A stretch of 32,000 nt of DNA from an uncultured Alphaproteobacteria bacterium (GTDB lineage Bacteria; Pseudomonadota; Alphaproteobacteria; Rs-D84): positions 810,001-842,000 of the forward strand of contig OZ007020.1 in the NCBI GenBank assembly GCA_963931495.1. Reading direction: 5' to 3'. Shown one piece after another: positions 7,404-17,070 of this stretch. Each line of letters opens with the position of its first letter. Positions within the stretch are counted from its first letter, which is position 1. The translations under genes and the position numbers were made by a program. The notes below the pieces were generated by a model. It was not told the DNA's origin, did no database searches, and saw only the letters and a list, made by a program, of their open reading frames with translations.

Positions 7404-8528
7404 TTTTACCCCGAATGCCACATCCATTCCAATACCATCGGATTCTGTGTACTGAACCGTTCCGACCGCTTCGGTTGGATTCGTTGCAGTTGGTCCATAG
7501 TATTTGACATTCATTGCAACATCCCCGGTACCACTTGGGTTAAACTTTGTATCAATTTTATCATCCGTAAACGTAATTGATGGCGCGCCGTTGCCAATTT
7601 GATTTACGGTAAAACCGTACCAATTTGCGAAATTGGCCGTTAATGTCGTTTTGACATCTGATTCGCGATTATCAAATGTTAATGTCGCTGTGCCATTTTC
7701 CAGCGCCATTGAATCAGTACCATTGTATACATTACCAACCGCGTCACCAGTAAACGTTTTATATGTTACAACACTGGCAATATTTGGGATTTCATGCGTC
7801 GTATATCCACCAGCAAACGCGATTTTATTCGTATCATTCCCAGATTTAATTTGATACATTCCAAAATCAGAATACGATAACTTCAAATCATCTTTGGCGC
7901 CCGATATGTATGTCACAGTGCCATTCTGGTTGGAAAATTTATTTGTTGTTCCGTCGCGTTCGTATTCAACATCATCAATAATTATACTGTCAATGTCACC
8001 ACTGGAATTAACCGTGAACTTTAACTGTGTGTCCGCCACAGATTCAAATACCGCATCGCTGATATTTATACTGTCCGCCCATTCACGCAAATATGCCACG
8101 CGGCGATTGGCCAAATCAGTATTATCCGCGCGCCATTTTGTTATACAGTTTGATATGTCGGCGGCGCCACTGCATGATGAATACAATCCAGAATCAATTA
8201 TGTACAATGCCGGATTCAATAATTCGGAATCAATACCGCTGGTATCACCGGACGCAATCCGGATTGCCAATTTTGCAATGTCTGGATAATTATCACGATT
8301 TTTTTCACCGTTGTAACCACGCAACAAGTATGCAACAACGTCTGTCGCCTGGGCATCATTTGTAATTATCATATTTGTAACGTATTTATTCCCAGACTTT
8401 GCCGAATTTTCAAATGGCTTTTCCCCAGGGCGTAATCCATCCGGACGACCGATGCCCGCCGACGGCGTGCCCAAATCAGCACACCCAACCAATGCCATCG
8501 CCACCAAAAACAATGGAAAAGATTTCAT
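7401..8528 (-). CDS. Lipoprotein with a C-terminal region resembling TbpB/fHbp-type surface-lipoprotein beta-barrels
   Basis: Lipobox AMALVGC. The C-terminal 170 aa show the alternating pattern LSYSDFGMY...AFAGGY...FTGDAVG...GTATLTFD...LTANFANWYGF...YYGP...EAVGTV...GMDVAFGVK, which I recall from transferrin-binding-protein-like barrels. Confidence 0.7.
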   Translation of the reverse strand: MKSFPLFLVAMALVGCADLGTPSAGIGRPDGLRPGEKPFENSAKSGNKYVTNMIITNDAQATDVVAYLLRGYNGEKNRDNYPDIAKLAIRIASGDTSGIDSELLNPALYIIDSGLYSSCSGAADISNCITKWRADNTDLANRRVAYLREWADSINISDAVFESVADTQLKFTVNSSGDIDSIIIDDVEYERDGTTNKFSNQNGTVTYISGAKDDLKLSYSDFGMYQIKSGNDTNKIAFAGGYTTHEIPNIASVVTYKTFTGDAVGNVYNGTDSMALENGTATLTFDNRESDVKTTLTANFANWYGFTVNQIGNGAPSITFTDDKIDTKFNPSGTGDVAMNVKYYGPTATNPTEAVGTVQYTESDGIGMDVAFGVK

Positions 8529-8600
8529 TGCGCCCCCCTTTTTTGGTTATTTATATTATACACGCGATGCAACGATATATTCAACCAATTTATATATGAT

Positions 8601-10832
8601 TTATTTGCCAAACTTACCACTGCGTGGAAAACCAACCGGCACGGTGCGTCCCTGGGATGCACGACGACCCGTCCACGGCGACCAATCGTCCAGTTTTGTC
8701 GTGCCCCGCCCTGTTGTCCATCCAAAACCATCCGACGCGTCAAAGAACATTACATCCAAAACATACGTGCGTTCCGCATTATATTTTTGCAAGATTACAC
8801 CCTTGCCCCGGGTCATTTCAGGAATTTCAGACGTTGGGAATATCAACAACTTGTCATTTGATCCCGACATCGCAACTGTATCACCAGTCACCGGCACGCA
8901 CATTATTGCTGGATTACGTTCATCTGTATTCATAACCTGTTTTCCGGTACGCGTTTGTGCCAAGCAATTTTCACCCGAAACAATAAATCCAGTACCATGA
9001 CGACCAACCAATAAATATTTCGCCGACGTGTCCAGTACAAACGCCGCAACAATATTTTCATCGGCACCAATATCCGCCATCATACGCACTGATTCCCCAA
9101 ATCCACGCGCCGACGGCAAATCATTCGCCCCCAGTGTGAACATCTTGCCCCCACTGGCAAACAAGTTAATTTTATCCGTAGACATGGCATGAAATGCGAA
9201 CAGTTGTTCATCACCTTCTTTGAATTTCAAATCCAAATTATTCAAATCCAAGTGTCCCTTGGCGGCGCGAATCCATCCCATTGCAGACAACACAATCGTC
9301 AGTGGTTCTTTTTCAATAAATTCGTCGGCATTTACAACAATTTCTGTGGTTTGTGGAACCCATTGTGTACGACGACGCCCCAGCGCAGTTTTTTTATCAT
9401 ACTGTTTCTTTATGTCTGCGAACCATGCCTTTAACTGTTCGTTTTGGGCATCGGGACTGGCCAACAAATCTTGTAACTGTTTTTGTTCCGCCAACAATGC
9501 CGCATCTTCGCGCCGGATTTCCATTTCTTCCAGTTTGCGCAATGAACGCAAACGTGTGTTTAATATTGCTTCTACCTGGATTTCTGTCAATTTGAATTCA
9601 GACATCAATACAGATTTTGGGTCGTCTTCGTTACGAATAATTTCAATAACACGATCCAAATTCAGATAGACAATTAACAACCCACCCAAAATTTCCAGAC
9701 GCCGCGCAATGTTCCCCAGTCGCCAATTTGTACGCCGAACCAGAACGTTTTTCTGGTGTGCGATAAATTCACGCAAAACATCACCAATGCCCATAACACG
9801 CGGCACACCACGCGAATCAATGACGTTAAAGTTCATATTAAACCTGTATTCCAGGTCCGTCATCGCAAACAGATGCGCCATCATTTTATCGGCCGGAACA
9901 TTACGACTTTTCGGTGTAATAACAATTCGTACAGATGTTGTTGATTCGTCGGATATATCATCCACCAATGGCAATTTCTTGGCATCAATTAAATTCGCAA
10001 TTTGTTCCACCAGTTTTGATTTTATTATCCCATATGGGATTTCCGTAATTACAACCTGTTCGGCACCACGGTCCAGTTTTTCAATTTCCCATTTTGCCCG
10101 TACACGAAACGCACCACGACCAGTATCGTAATTCTTGACAATCGTATCAAAAGAATCCACCAGAACGCCCCCTGTGGGGAAATCTGGGCCAATCATTTTT
10201 TTCATAATCTGGGTCGTTGTGGCATCTGGATTATCAACAACCAGTGCCAATGCATCACAAACTTCGGCCACGTTATGTGTTGGGATATTTGTTGCCATAC
10301 CAACCGCAATCCCCATTCCACCATTGGCCAACAAATTCGGAAATGCCCCCGGCATGACCATCGGTTCCATCGTTGTGCCGTCAAAGTTCGGCATCATATC
10401 AACACTGTCTTCGTCAATGCCTTCCATAATCAGCATTGCGGCATCGGTCATCTTGGATTCAGTGTAACGATACGCCGCCTGGGGGTCACCATCAATATTA
10501 CCAAAGTTACCCTGGCCATCAATTAATGGGTATCGCACGGAAAAATCCTGGGCCAGACGCACCATCGCATCGTATACCGATGAATCGCCATGCGGATGAT
10601 AATGCCCCAGCACGTCCCCAACAACGGTTGCGCATTTACGAAACGCCGCGTTCGGCGACAACTTTTGGCGCAACATAGAATATAAAATACGCCGATGAAC
10701 CGGTTTTAATCCATCACGCACGTCTGGCAATGCACGCGACACAATTGTACTGACCGCGTATGACAAATACCGCTGGGACAGCGCGTCGGATAATTGCTGT
10801 GAATCAATTCTTTCAATAACTTCCTTGCTCAT
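8601..10832 (-). CDS. parC: DNA topoisomerase IV subunit A
   Basis: [33 protein letters not shown], active-site region [10 protein letters not shown], 743 aa (ParC length rather than GyrA). Start placed at ATG 10832 (MSKEVIE...) because the track extension [13 protein letters not shown] looks non-coding. Confidence 0.9.
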   Translation of the reverse strand: MSKEVIERIDSQQLSDALSQRYLSYAVSTIVSRALPDVRDGLKPVHRRILYSMLRQKLSPNAAFRKCATVVGDVLGHYHPHGDSSVYDAMVRLAQDFSVRYPLIDGQGNFGNIDGDPQAAYRYTESKMTDAAMLIMEGIDEDSVDMMPNFDGTTMEPMVMPGAFPNLLANGGMGIAVGMATNIPTHNVAEVCDALALVVDNPDATTTQIMKKMIGPDFPTGGVLVDSFDTIVKNYDTGRGAFRVRAKWEIEKLDRGAEQVVITEIPYGIIKSKLVEQIANLIDAKKLPLVDDISDESTTSVRIVITPKSRNVPADKMMAHLFAMTDLEYRFNMNFNVIDSRGVPRVMGIGDVLREFIAHQKNVLVRRTNWRLGNIARRLEILGGLLIVYLNLDRVIEIIRNEDDPKSVLMSEFKLTEIQVEAILNTRLRSLRKLEEMEIRREDAALLAEQKQLQDLLASPDAQNEQLKAWFADIKKQYDKKTALGRRRTQWVPQTTEIVVNADEFIEKEPLTIVLSAMGWIRAAKGHLDLNNLDLKFKEGDEQLFAFHAMSTDKINLFASGGKMFTLGANDLPSARGFGESVRMMADIGADENIVAAFVLDTSAKYLLVGRHGTGFIVSGENCLAQTRTGKQVMNTDERNPAIMCVPVTGDTVAMSGSNDKLLIFPTSEIPEMTRGKGVILQKYNAERTYVLDVMFFDASDGFGWTTGRGTTKLDDWSPWTGRRASQGRTVPVGFPRSGKFGK

Positions 10833-10897
10833 GATACCCCAATATTTAGAACATTTGAAAAAAAATAACAACAGAAAAAAACGCGTTCATCGCGCGT

Positions 10898-11176
10898 TTA
10901 TTGATTAAGTTTGTTTTTGATTTCACGAATCCGCGCCAATATTTCGCGTAAATCTGATTCACTGACCTGGGGCGCCGGGCGATTATGTAATTCATCCGCC
11001 AATACAATGCACAGCGTCGCCAACAATGAATTTTCCGGCAATGGGCCAATTTTATCCAGAATTTCGCGCGCACGGGCATCAACCATTTTGCCCAATTCAA
11101 TCAAACGATATTCTTGGCCGTCTTCACAGCCCATCGGATAATTTTTATTCACAATTGGTATAGATACAACACTCAT
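10898..11176 (-). CDS. zapA: Cell division protein ZapA
   Basis: 92 aa. VSIPIVNKNYPMGCEDGQEYRLIELGKMVD fits the ZapA N-terminal pattern (V.I.G..Y...C.DG.E..L..LA..VD). Overlaps the upstream coiled-coil gene by 4 nt. Confidence 0.75.
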   Translation of the reverse strand: MSVVSIPIVNKNYPMGCEDGQEYRLIELGKMVDARAREILDKIGPLPENSLLATLCIVLADELHNRPAPQVSESDLREILARIREIKNKLNQ

Positions 11177-11382
11177 TTCAAATTCTTTAATATATCCAAC
11201 GATTGGTTAATTTTTTCGGTTGCACGCGCGTTTTTATCACGCAAATTTTTAACCTGTTCAGTTAAAATTGCCACTTCTAAATCAGTTTGCTTGCCCGCAT
11301 TCATTGCAAAACCGCGCAATTTCGCCGCGGCATCGTCCAATGCCGCCAGTTCTTGAAATATTTGCTGTTTTATGTCTGTCAT
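11173..11382 (-). CDS. Small coiled-coil protein, DUF4164/ZauP-like (ZapA-upstream protein)
   Basis: 69 aa, heptad-rich, located immediately upstream of zapA and overlapping it, as in Caulobacter zauP-zapA. The family call rests on position and composition only. Confidence 0.6.
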   Translation of the reverse strand: MTDIKQQIFQELAALDDAAAKLRGFAMNAGKQTDLEVAILTEQVKNLRDKNARATEKINQSLDILKNLK

Positions 11383-11467
11383 AGTCCCAGTGTAAGATAT
11401 TTTTTACATGCGTTCAACAGCAAAATGTGATATAATAACCCATATCATATGCGGGGGATTAATTCCA

Positions 11468-12379
11468 ATGAAAACAAAAATCATTTATATTTCGGGTAAT
11501 GAAACGTTTGAAATGGCGGATATTCGCGCGGCTTTTGATGAAGTGCGTGCCACACTGGGGCTGGGGTCGGATACGGTATTGTTTGGTGTACCGGTGGATA
11601 ACGATGATGCACTGGGGGTCGCAACAGATACCCATGTGACCGACGCAACCGATGATGTTCATGCAAAATCTGATACAGTTAATGAAGTAATTACCCCAGA
11701 AGTATCGCCAATCCCCCAAGAATTGTCCGAATCAACCGATGCAGCAAAAGAAATAAAGGTTGATAATGATGAAAAAATTATTCCTATTTTATCAATATTG
11801 GCATCTGGGTCGGATGTATCAGATGTAAATGAAGATGAATCAAGCGTGTCGGACGATTCGTATTCTGGCGATGAATTAATCGTGGATGATGATATTCGTG
11901 ATGACGTATCAACAGGTACGGCGCAAAATGAATCAGATGTACATGATACGGAAACCGTATCAATTACAGATATTATCACAGATGATGCACCAACGGCGCC
12001 AATGGAACTGGAAGATTTGTTGGAAAGCATGGCCCCATTACACGAAGATACAGTTACTGAATCTGGGGCGGATTTTTCAGACACCCAAGATGATGCGTTG
12101 ATTGATACACCCCCGGCACCAAACATTGATGACGGTTCTGATGCAACACTGGAACAATTGGCGGCCGAATTTGCCGAAAAACAAGATGATATCCCAGAAC
12201 CAGAAGCAACCGAAACACACAGTAAAATCGGAAAGTTAAAAAATATTTTGCCATTCAAAAAGGCAAAACGTGAAGACCCAGGTATAATGGGTGATTTATT
12301 TGGATGGGCGGGAATCGCCGCAAATGATGACGATTTTTCAATCCCTGGATTTTTTACCAAGGCGGCATCAAAAAAATAG
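11468..12379 (+). CDS. Highly acidic, low-complexity (D/E/S/T-rich) protein of unknown function
   Basis: Start at ATG 11468 with SD GGGGGA (the track ORF starts earlier). 303 aa. Structured-looking ends (MKTKIIYISGNETFEMADIRAAFDEV... and ...GIMGDLFGWAGIAANDDDFSIPGFF) flank a long acidic middle. Confidence 0.7.
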   Translation: MKTKIIYISGNETFEMADIRAAFDEVRATLGLGSDTVLFGVPVDNDDALGVATDTHVTDATDDVHAKSDTVNEVITPEVSPIPQELSESTDAAKEIKVDNDEKIIPILSILASGSDVSDVNEDESSVSDDSYSGDELIVDDDIRDDVSTGTAQNESDVHDTETVSITDIITDDAPTAPMELEDLLESMAPLHEDTVTESGADFSDTQDDALIDTPPAPNIDDGSDATLEQLAAEFAEKQDDIPEPEATETHSKIGKLKNILPFKKAKREDPGIMGDLFGWAGIAANDDDFSIPGFFTKAASKK

Positions 12380-12396
12380 GCCGAATATGAGCATTT

Positions 12397-13404
12397 ATGA
12401 ATACAGATACAATTCTTAGACTGTTGGAAAATTCCGGATTTCATGTATTGAAATCAGACAGCCAGTTTTTGTATCTGGAAGATCCATCTTGCATTTTACG
12501 CAGTTTTGAAACATTCATTGAATACGCATGGGTTGTTATTGTATGCATAACAGGATTGTTATTGTTCGGTTGGGCAATTTCAATGATTCGTGGCGCCAAG
12601 AATGATTTATTTATCAATCTGCGTAATCTGACGATTATTTTTGGTATCCTGGCGGCGGTCGGCCCAATTGTAAACTTAATCTGGGGGGATGATTTATTTG
12701 CGCGTGGGTGTCGTACAATAACCGTATCCGTTGCCGATGTAAATGAAATAATGGATATGCGCAAATTGGAATTTGCCCCAGAAAATCAATATGCCATATA
12801 CGAACATTTGGATATATATGATTCTGGGGCACCCCACAATGTGCCATATTCTGATGCACCATTAATGGCGGCGGGCAATCCGCCAGAAATCAGTGTCACT
12901 GTTTCTGGGGACAATAATACATGGTTACCACAACCATCAGGCCCAGCATCAGCCAACCCAACCAGCGCCCACGAATCATCACGCGATGTTATATATACAA
13001 ATGCAGATGGTTCGCGATATCGTAAAACAGGCGGATCACGCGCATGGCGAAATACTAATCCAGGGAATATTCGTTATTCGGAATTTTCACGACGCATGGG
13101 CGCCATTGGCCAAGCCGGCGGATTCGCTGTTTTTCCTGACGAAGATACCGGTATGCGCGCAATTGCCGCCCTGTTGCGCAGCAACAGTTACAATCAATTA
13201 ACCATCGCCGGCGCAATCAGTCGGTATGCACCACCCACAGAAAATGATACCGCTGCATATCACCGCCGCATTCAAGAACTGACCGGGCTGTCCATTAATC
13301 GGCGCATGAATGAACTTAGTGATACAGAATTAAACCGCGTTGTTAACGCAATACGCACCATAGAAGGATGGCAAGTCGGCCGCACAGAAATAGTACGAGG
13401 TTGA
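12397..13404 (+). CDS. Membrane protein with a conserved-looking C-terminal domain (WRNTNPGNIRY motif)
   Basis: Two TM helices (AWVVIVCITGLLLFGWAI; LTIIFGILAAVGPIV). The C-terminal block is GGSRAWRNTNPGNIRYSEF..GAIGQAGGFAVFPDEDTGMRAIAALL...ISRYAPPTENDTAAY. Confidence 0.7.
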   Translation: MNTDTILRLLENSGFHVLKSDSQFLYLEDPSCILRSFETFIEYAWVVIVCITGLLLFGWAISMIRGAKNDLFINLRNLTIIFGILAAVGPIVNLIWGDDLFARGCRTITVSVADVNEIMDMRKLEFAPENQYAIYEHLDIYDSGAPHNVPYSDAPLMAAGNPPEISVTVSGDNNTWLPQPSGPASANPTSAHESSRDVIYTNADGSRYRKTGGSRAWRNTNPGNIRYSEFSRRMGAIGQAGGFAVFPDEDTGMRAIAALLRSNSYNQLTIAGAISRYAPPTENDTAAYHRRIQELTGLSINRRMNELSDTELNRVVNAIRTIEGWQVGRTEIVRG

Positions 13405-13406
13405 AA

Positions 13407-14030
13407 ATGAAACACAATAATCAATCAGGCAATGCATGGTTTTACATATTGTTGACAATATTAATTATTGTTATTGGCGTATTGGTATACATTCTGGCGG
13501 GCGGGCCGATGCCGCGCACTGGGGACACTGTTGGTACAAAATCACCAACAATGCAAGTGGAAACAATGCCGGAAACCAGTGGCGAATTTACAGATGGGCT
13601 GAATAATCCAGAATCATCGGAAACATTTCAACTGGACGAATTTGGGGCCGGAATTGCAGAACGTGATATTTTCCGCGTTGACATAAACGGTGATAATCAA
13701 CCAGACCGCATAACACGAACCAGACATGAAAATGGTACTGCGCACTTTTATTATGAATACACCATTGAAATCGCAGACAATGGCCAATTTATCAATATTA
13801 CCCCCAACGGATTCCGAACAACCGAAGGCCCAGAATGCGCATTACAAAAATTACAGTTTACTAATTCACCAAAATTCCATGTTGTAAAAATATCACGCAA
13901 TTGGCGCGACACATGGGAAACACCAACAACGGCAACACGCACTGTATATGAATACCAAGATGGCAAAATCGTCCCAACAGCGCAGACAGAAATGGAACCA
14001 GTGTGTGATGTGCGCGAACTATTTAATTAA
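13407..14030 (+). CDS. Single-pass membrane-anchored hypothetical protein
   Basis: ATG 13407 lies 2 nt after the preceding stop. TM helix AWFYILLTILIIVIGVLVYILAG, then a soluble domain with DINGDNQPDRITRT. Confidence 0.65.
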   Translation: MKHNNQSGNAWFYILLTILIIVIGVLVYILAGGPMPRTGDTVGTKSPTMQVETMPETSGEFTDGLNNPESSETFQLDEFGAGIAERDIFRVDINGDNQPDRITRTRHENGTAHFYYEYTIEIADNGQFINITPNGFRTTEGPECALQKLQFTNSPKFHVVKISRNWRDTWETPTTATRTVYEYQDGKIVPTAQTEMEPVCDVRELFN

Positions 14031-14708
14031 AAACATATTACGCGCAGAATATACGATTCCACCAGAAACCAGATAGTGGTCATATACACTGATATCAAAC
14101 GGTTGTAACAAATTAATTATTCTGTTTGTCATTTCTATGTCAGTGGTTGAAAAAGATGTATTTGGCGTTGGATGATTATGCAACATCACCACAGATTTTG
14201 CCCCAACTTCCAGTGCACGACGTAATATCTCGCGTTCATATATTGCCGCCCAATCATTGGTGCCGGTGCTGTGTAAATCATCGGCAATTAAACGCTTTTC
14301 TGCGTCCAAGTAAAACACATGAAATTCTTCTTTGCTTTTCCCAGACAGCAACATCAGGCAATAATTTGTTAAGACTTTTTCATTATGAAAAATTGGACGT
14401 TCGGTCAGTTCATATTTATATCCATTTAACATAATTTGATGTATCGCCTTGATAAATATTGCGGTATTATGACCAATCCCGGGAAAATTTGTTAATTCAG
14501 AAAACGGTGCCGTCAGTACCGGTGCAATGCCACCAAAATGCTTAATCAAACCATGTGCCAACGGCCGCACATCGCGACGCGGAATTACAAAACTTAGCAC
14601 CAGTTCCAACAATTCATAATCTGCCAATTTATTATCCAAGAATTTTTGGCGTAAACGTTGGCGATGGCCGGAATGAAATGACAAATCATTTTTATCTGGA
14701 TTCATCAT
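14019..14708 (-). CDS. radC: RadC-family JAB-domain protein
   Basis: GHRQRLRQKF N-terminus, helix-hairpin-helix region, and JAMM-like motif VMLHNHPTPNTSFSTTDIEMT. ATG at 14708 (the track start is a TTG). Confidence 0.88.
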   Translation of the reverse strand: MMNPDKNDLSFHSGHRQRLRQKFLDNKLADYELLELVLSFVIPRRDVRPLAHGLIKHFGGIAPVLTAPFSELTNFPGIGHNTAIFIKAIHQIMLNGYKYELTERPIFHNEKVLTNYCLMLLSGKSKEEFHVFYLDAEKRLIADDLHSTGTNDWAAIYEREILRRALEVGAKSVVMLHNHPTPNTSFSTTDIEMTNRIINLLQPFDISVYDHYLVSGGIVYSARNMFLIK

Positions 14709-14723
14709 GGCACCCAATAATTA

Positions 14724-15485
14724 TCAAATCATTTTTTCAGTAAATATTATAACACCATCTTCGGTGATACCCAATGTATGTTCCCATTGTGCCGACAAAC
14801 CGCCATCAACCGTACGTGCCGTCCAACCGTCCGAATCAATTTTACATTCTGGGCGACCGGTATTTATCATCGGTTCAATCGTAAACACCAATCCAGGAAC
14901 CATTTTTACTTTATCCCATGATTTATCATAAAAATGATAAATCTGGGGGTCGTCGTGCATCACTTTGCCAATACCATGACCGACAAAATCACGCGATATT
15001 GAAAAACCGTGTGGCAAAACAACACTTTCAATAGTTTTACCAATTTCCGACAACGGAACACCCGGCCCACAAACAGCGATTGCCGCATTCAGTGCATCTT
15101 GGCATGTTTGAACCAATTCGCGCGCACGTGGCGAAACATTTCCAATCATAAACATGCGCGATGCGTCACCGTGAAATCCCTTGTATTCCGCGGTTAAATC
15201 AACATTTACAATATCGCCATCTTTTAAGATAACATCATCACTGGGGATACCATGCACAATTACATCATTAACCGACGTGCATATACTTTTGGGATATCCC
15301 TGGTACCCCAGGTCAGATGACCGCGCACCATTTTCGCGCAAAAATTCGGCAACCATGCGATCTATTTCCCCGGTTGATATACCACTGCGCACATATGGCG
15401 TAATATAATCAAAGCATCGGGCAACCAAATCCCCGACAACGCGCAAACGCTTAAAATCCTTGGGTGCATATACAGATGATAACAT
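14724..15485 (-). CDS. map: Methionine aminopeptidase, type I
   Basis: VIVHGIPSD..LKDGDIVNVDL, FVGHGIG, FTIEPMIN and EHT metal-ligand motifs. Confidence 0.93.
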   Translation of the reverse strand: MLSSVYAPKDFKRLRVVGDLVARCFDYITPYVRSGISTGEIDRMVAEFLRENGARSSDLGYQGYPKSICTSVNDVIVHGIPSDDVILKDGDIVNVDLTAEYKGFHGDASRMFMIGNVSPRARELVQTCQDALNAAIAVCGPGVPLSEIGKTIESVVLPHGFSISRDFVGHGIGKVMHDDPQIYHFYDKSWDKVKMVPGLVFTIEPMINTGRPECKIDSDGWTARTVDGGLSAQWEHTLGITEDGVIIFTEKMI

Positions 15486-15487
15486 AT

Positions 15488-16477
15488 TTACTTCCTTCGC
15501 TTTACAGACAACTTCATCGCCCGCATTGCCAATTTTAACGAAAAATCGCGCAACAGTATTTCTGATGGCATGCCGGTTGTACGTAATTGTTTTTCAAGTT
15601 CATTTAATCGCTGTAATACTGCGACGATTTCGGATTCATGCCATATCTTTACCGCCATGTTAAATTTTTCAGCAACTTTCCAAAACAAACGTGGTAATTG
15701 CCCATCAACAACCGCCGTCAGTAATTTCTTGAAGTGCGTGTCCAACATACGAACCAACATATTTACATCTGTGTTATCGTATAACAATCGGTCCAGCGCA
15801 AGCATCGTTTGCTGGATATGGCCCGCTGTAAGCGAATATAAGTAATCATCCGTATTCGCCGCCCCAGTATCAGGCAAACATTTTTCAACATCATCCAGTT
15901 CAACAATCTTTTTGTCATCAACGTACAATGCAATCTTGGACAAAAATCCACGCGTAATTCCACGGTCGCCACCCAAATGCGATGTCATATACGCCATTGC
16001 ATCTGGGGTTATTTGTTGAATGCCAGATGCCGCCGACAATTCTTTGCGGATTAACGCCGCCAACGAACGCGCATCATCTGTATAGCATGCCAGTGCCGCC
16101 AATTTATCGTCATTTTCAAATAATGCACGCAATCCGCCACCCGCACGTAAATCGCCCGCCGCCACAATAACCGTTGCGCACAATCCAGAATGCCCAACCA
16201 ATTCAGAAATTATTTTCGCATCTGAATCCCCCGCATTAGATATTATAACCATTTTTCGTCCACCGAACATGGATGGACTGCAACTTTCGGCAAACAGCGC
16301 ATCTTGCTTTTCGCGCAATTCGTCTGAATCCAGCGCGAACAGATTATCTTTATCAATTTCCAGTTTTTCAACCGCACGATCACAATATTCATCAACCTGG
16401 CCCGCATCAGGACCATATATCAAAACCGCACGAATTGATTCAATGCCACTGTTAAAATCAGATTCTTTCCATTTCAT
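15488..16477 (-). CDS. holA: DNA polymerase III delta subunit
   Basis: 329 aa, N-terminal AVLIYGPDAGQV. Its start overlaps the lptE stop (TAATG at 16479-16475), the conserved lptE-holA arrangement. Confidence 0.8.
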   Translation of the reverse strand: MKWKESDFNSGIESIRAVLIYGPDAGQVDEYCDRAVEKLEIDKDNLFALDSDELREKQDALFAESCSPSMFGGRKMVIISNAGDSDAKIISELVGHSGLCATVIVAAGDLRAGGGLRALFENDDKLAALACYTDDARSLAALIRKELSAASGIQQITPDAMAYMTSHLGGDRGITRGFLSKIALYVDDKKIVELDDVEKCLPDTGAANTDDYLYSLTAGHIQQTMLALDRLLYDNTDVNMLVRMLDTHFKKLLTAVVDGQLPRLFWKVAEKFNMAVKIWHESEIVAVLQRLNELEKQLRTTGMPSEILLRDFSLKLAMRAMKLSVKRRK

Positions 16478-16986
16478 TATTCTGTATCTGTCGCACCATT
16501 GGCATTACCAGTATCATTATCAATTTCACCATCCGAATGACGATATGTTTCGGCGATCACACGGGTGCCGATTTTATCGGCCAAAACCTTTATCGTGTTT
16601 TGAATGGCGTTATTATACGATGCGTTCGCCGCAACCAGATATCGCACAAACGTATACGATTCAGACGCACTTTCTGTGCCGCGCGCAATTTCATCGCCAT
16701 CAGCATACAATACATAATTTGCGGTAAGCACGATTTCTTGCCATGTGGCGTCACCGGTTGATTCCAATGCCTTGTACCGTGTATATGGGTCGTGCAAATT
16801 AACATCCAGTGTATAGGTTGCAGTCTTATCATGCACGCCACCAAAACGCGCGTTCAATGTATTGCGCAAATCAATACCATTTATGCCACTGATTGGTTTG
16901 ACATATATATCTGTATCTTGGCCGGTGTACATGGGGCGGAACCCACATGCCGATAGTAATAGTGTTAATACAAGTATCTTTTTCAT
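16477..16986 (-). CDS. lptE: LPS-assembly lipoprotein LptE
   Basis: Lipobox LLLSACGFRPMY, typical of LptE/RlpB. Sits upstream of and is coupled to holA. Confidence 0.8.
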   Translation of the reverse strand: MKKILVLTLLLSACGFRPMYTGQDTDIYVKPISGINGIDLRNTLNARFGGVHDKTATYTLDVNLHDPYTRYKALESTGDATWQEIVLTANYVLYADGDEIARGTESASESYTFVRYLVAANASYNNAIQNTIKVLADKIGTRVIAETYRHSDGEIDNDTGNANGATDTE

Positions 16987-17070
16987 GGCACAACTTTTTA
17001 ATCAGATAATTGTTTTCCTGTTGCTTTTTATGGTTATATTACCTAGACTTTTAATAAATCGCAAGGGGGA

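Noticed and set aside
9189-10678. Several plus-strand ORFs of 80-150 aa (9220-9669, 9709-10131, 10135-10467 and others)
   Set aside because: All are antisense to parC. They have no motifs and no ribosome-binding sites.
11659-12444. 261-aa minus-strand ORF, Ser-rich
   Set aside because: It is the mirror image of the D/E/S/T-rich acidic gene on the plus strand. Low-complexity GAT/GAA/TCA repeats stay open on the opposite strand. It has no SD, and the plus-strand gene has structured termini and operon context.
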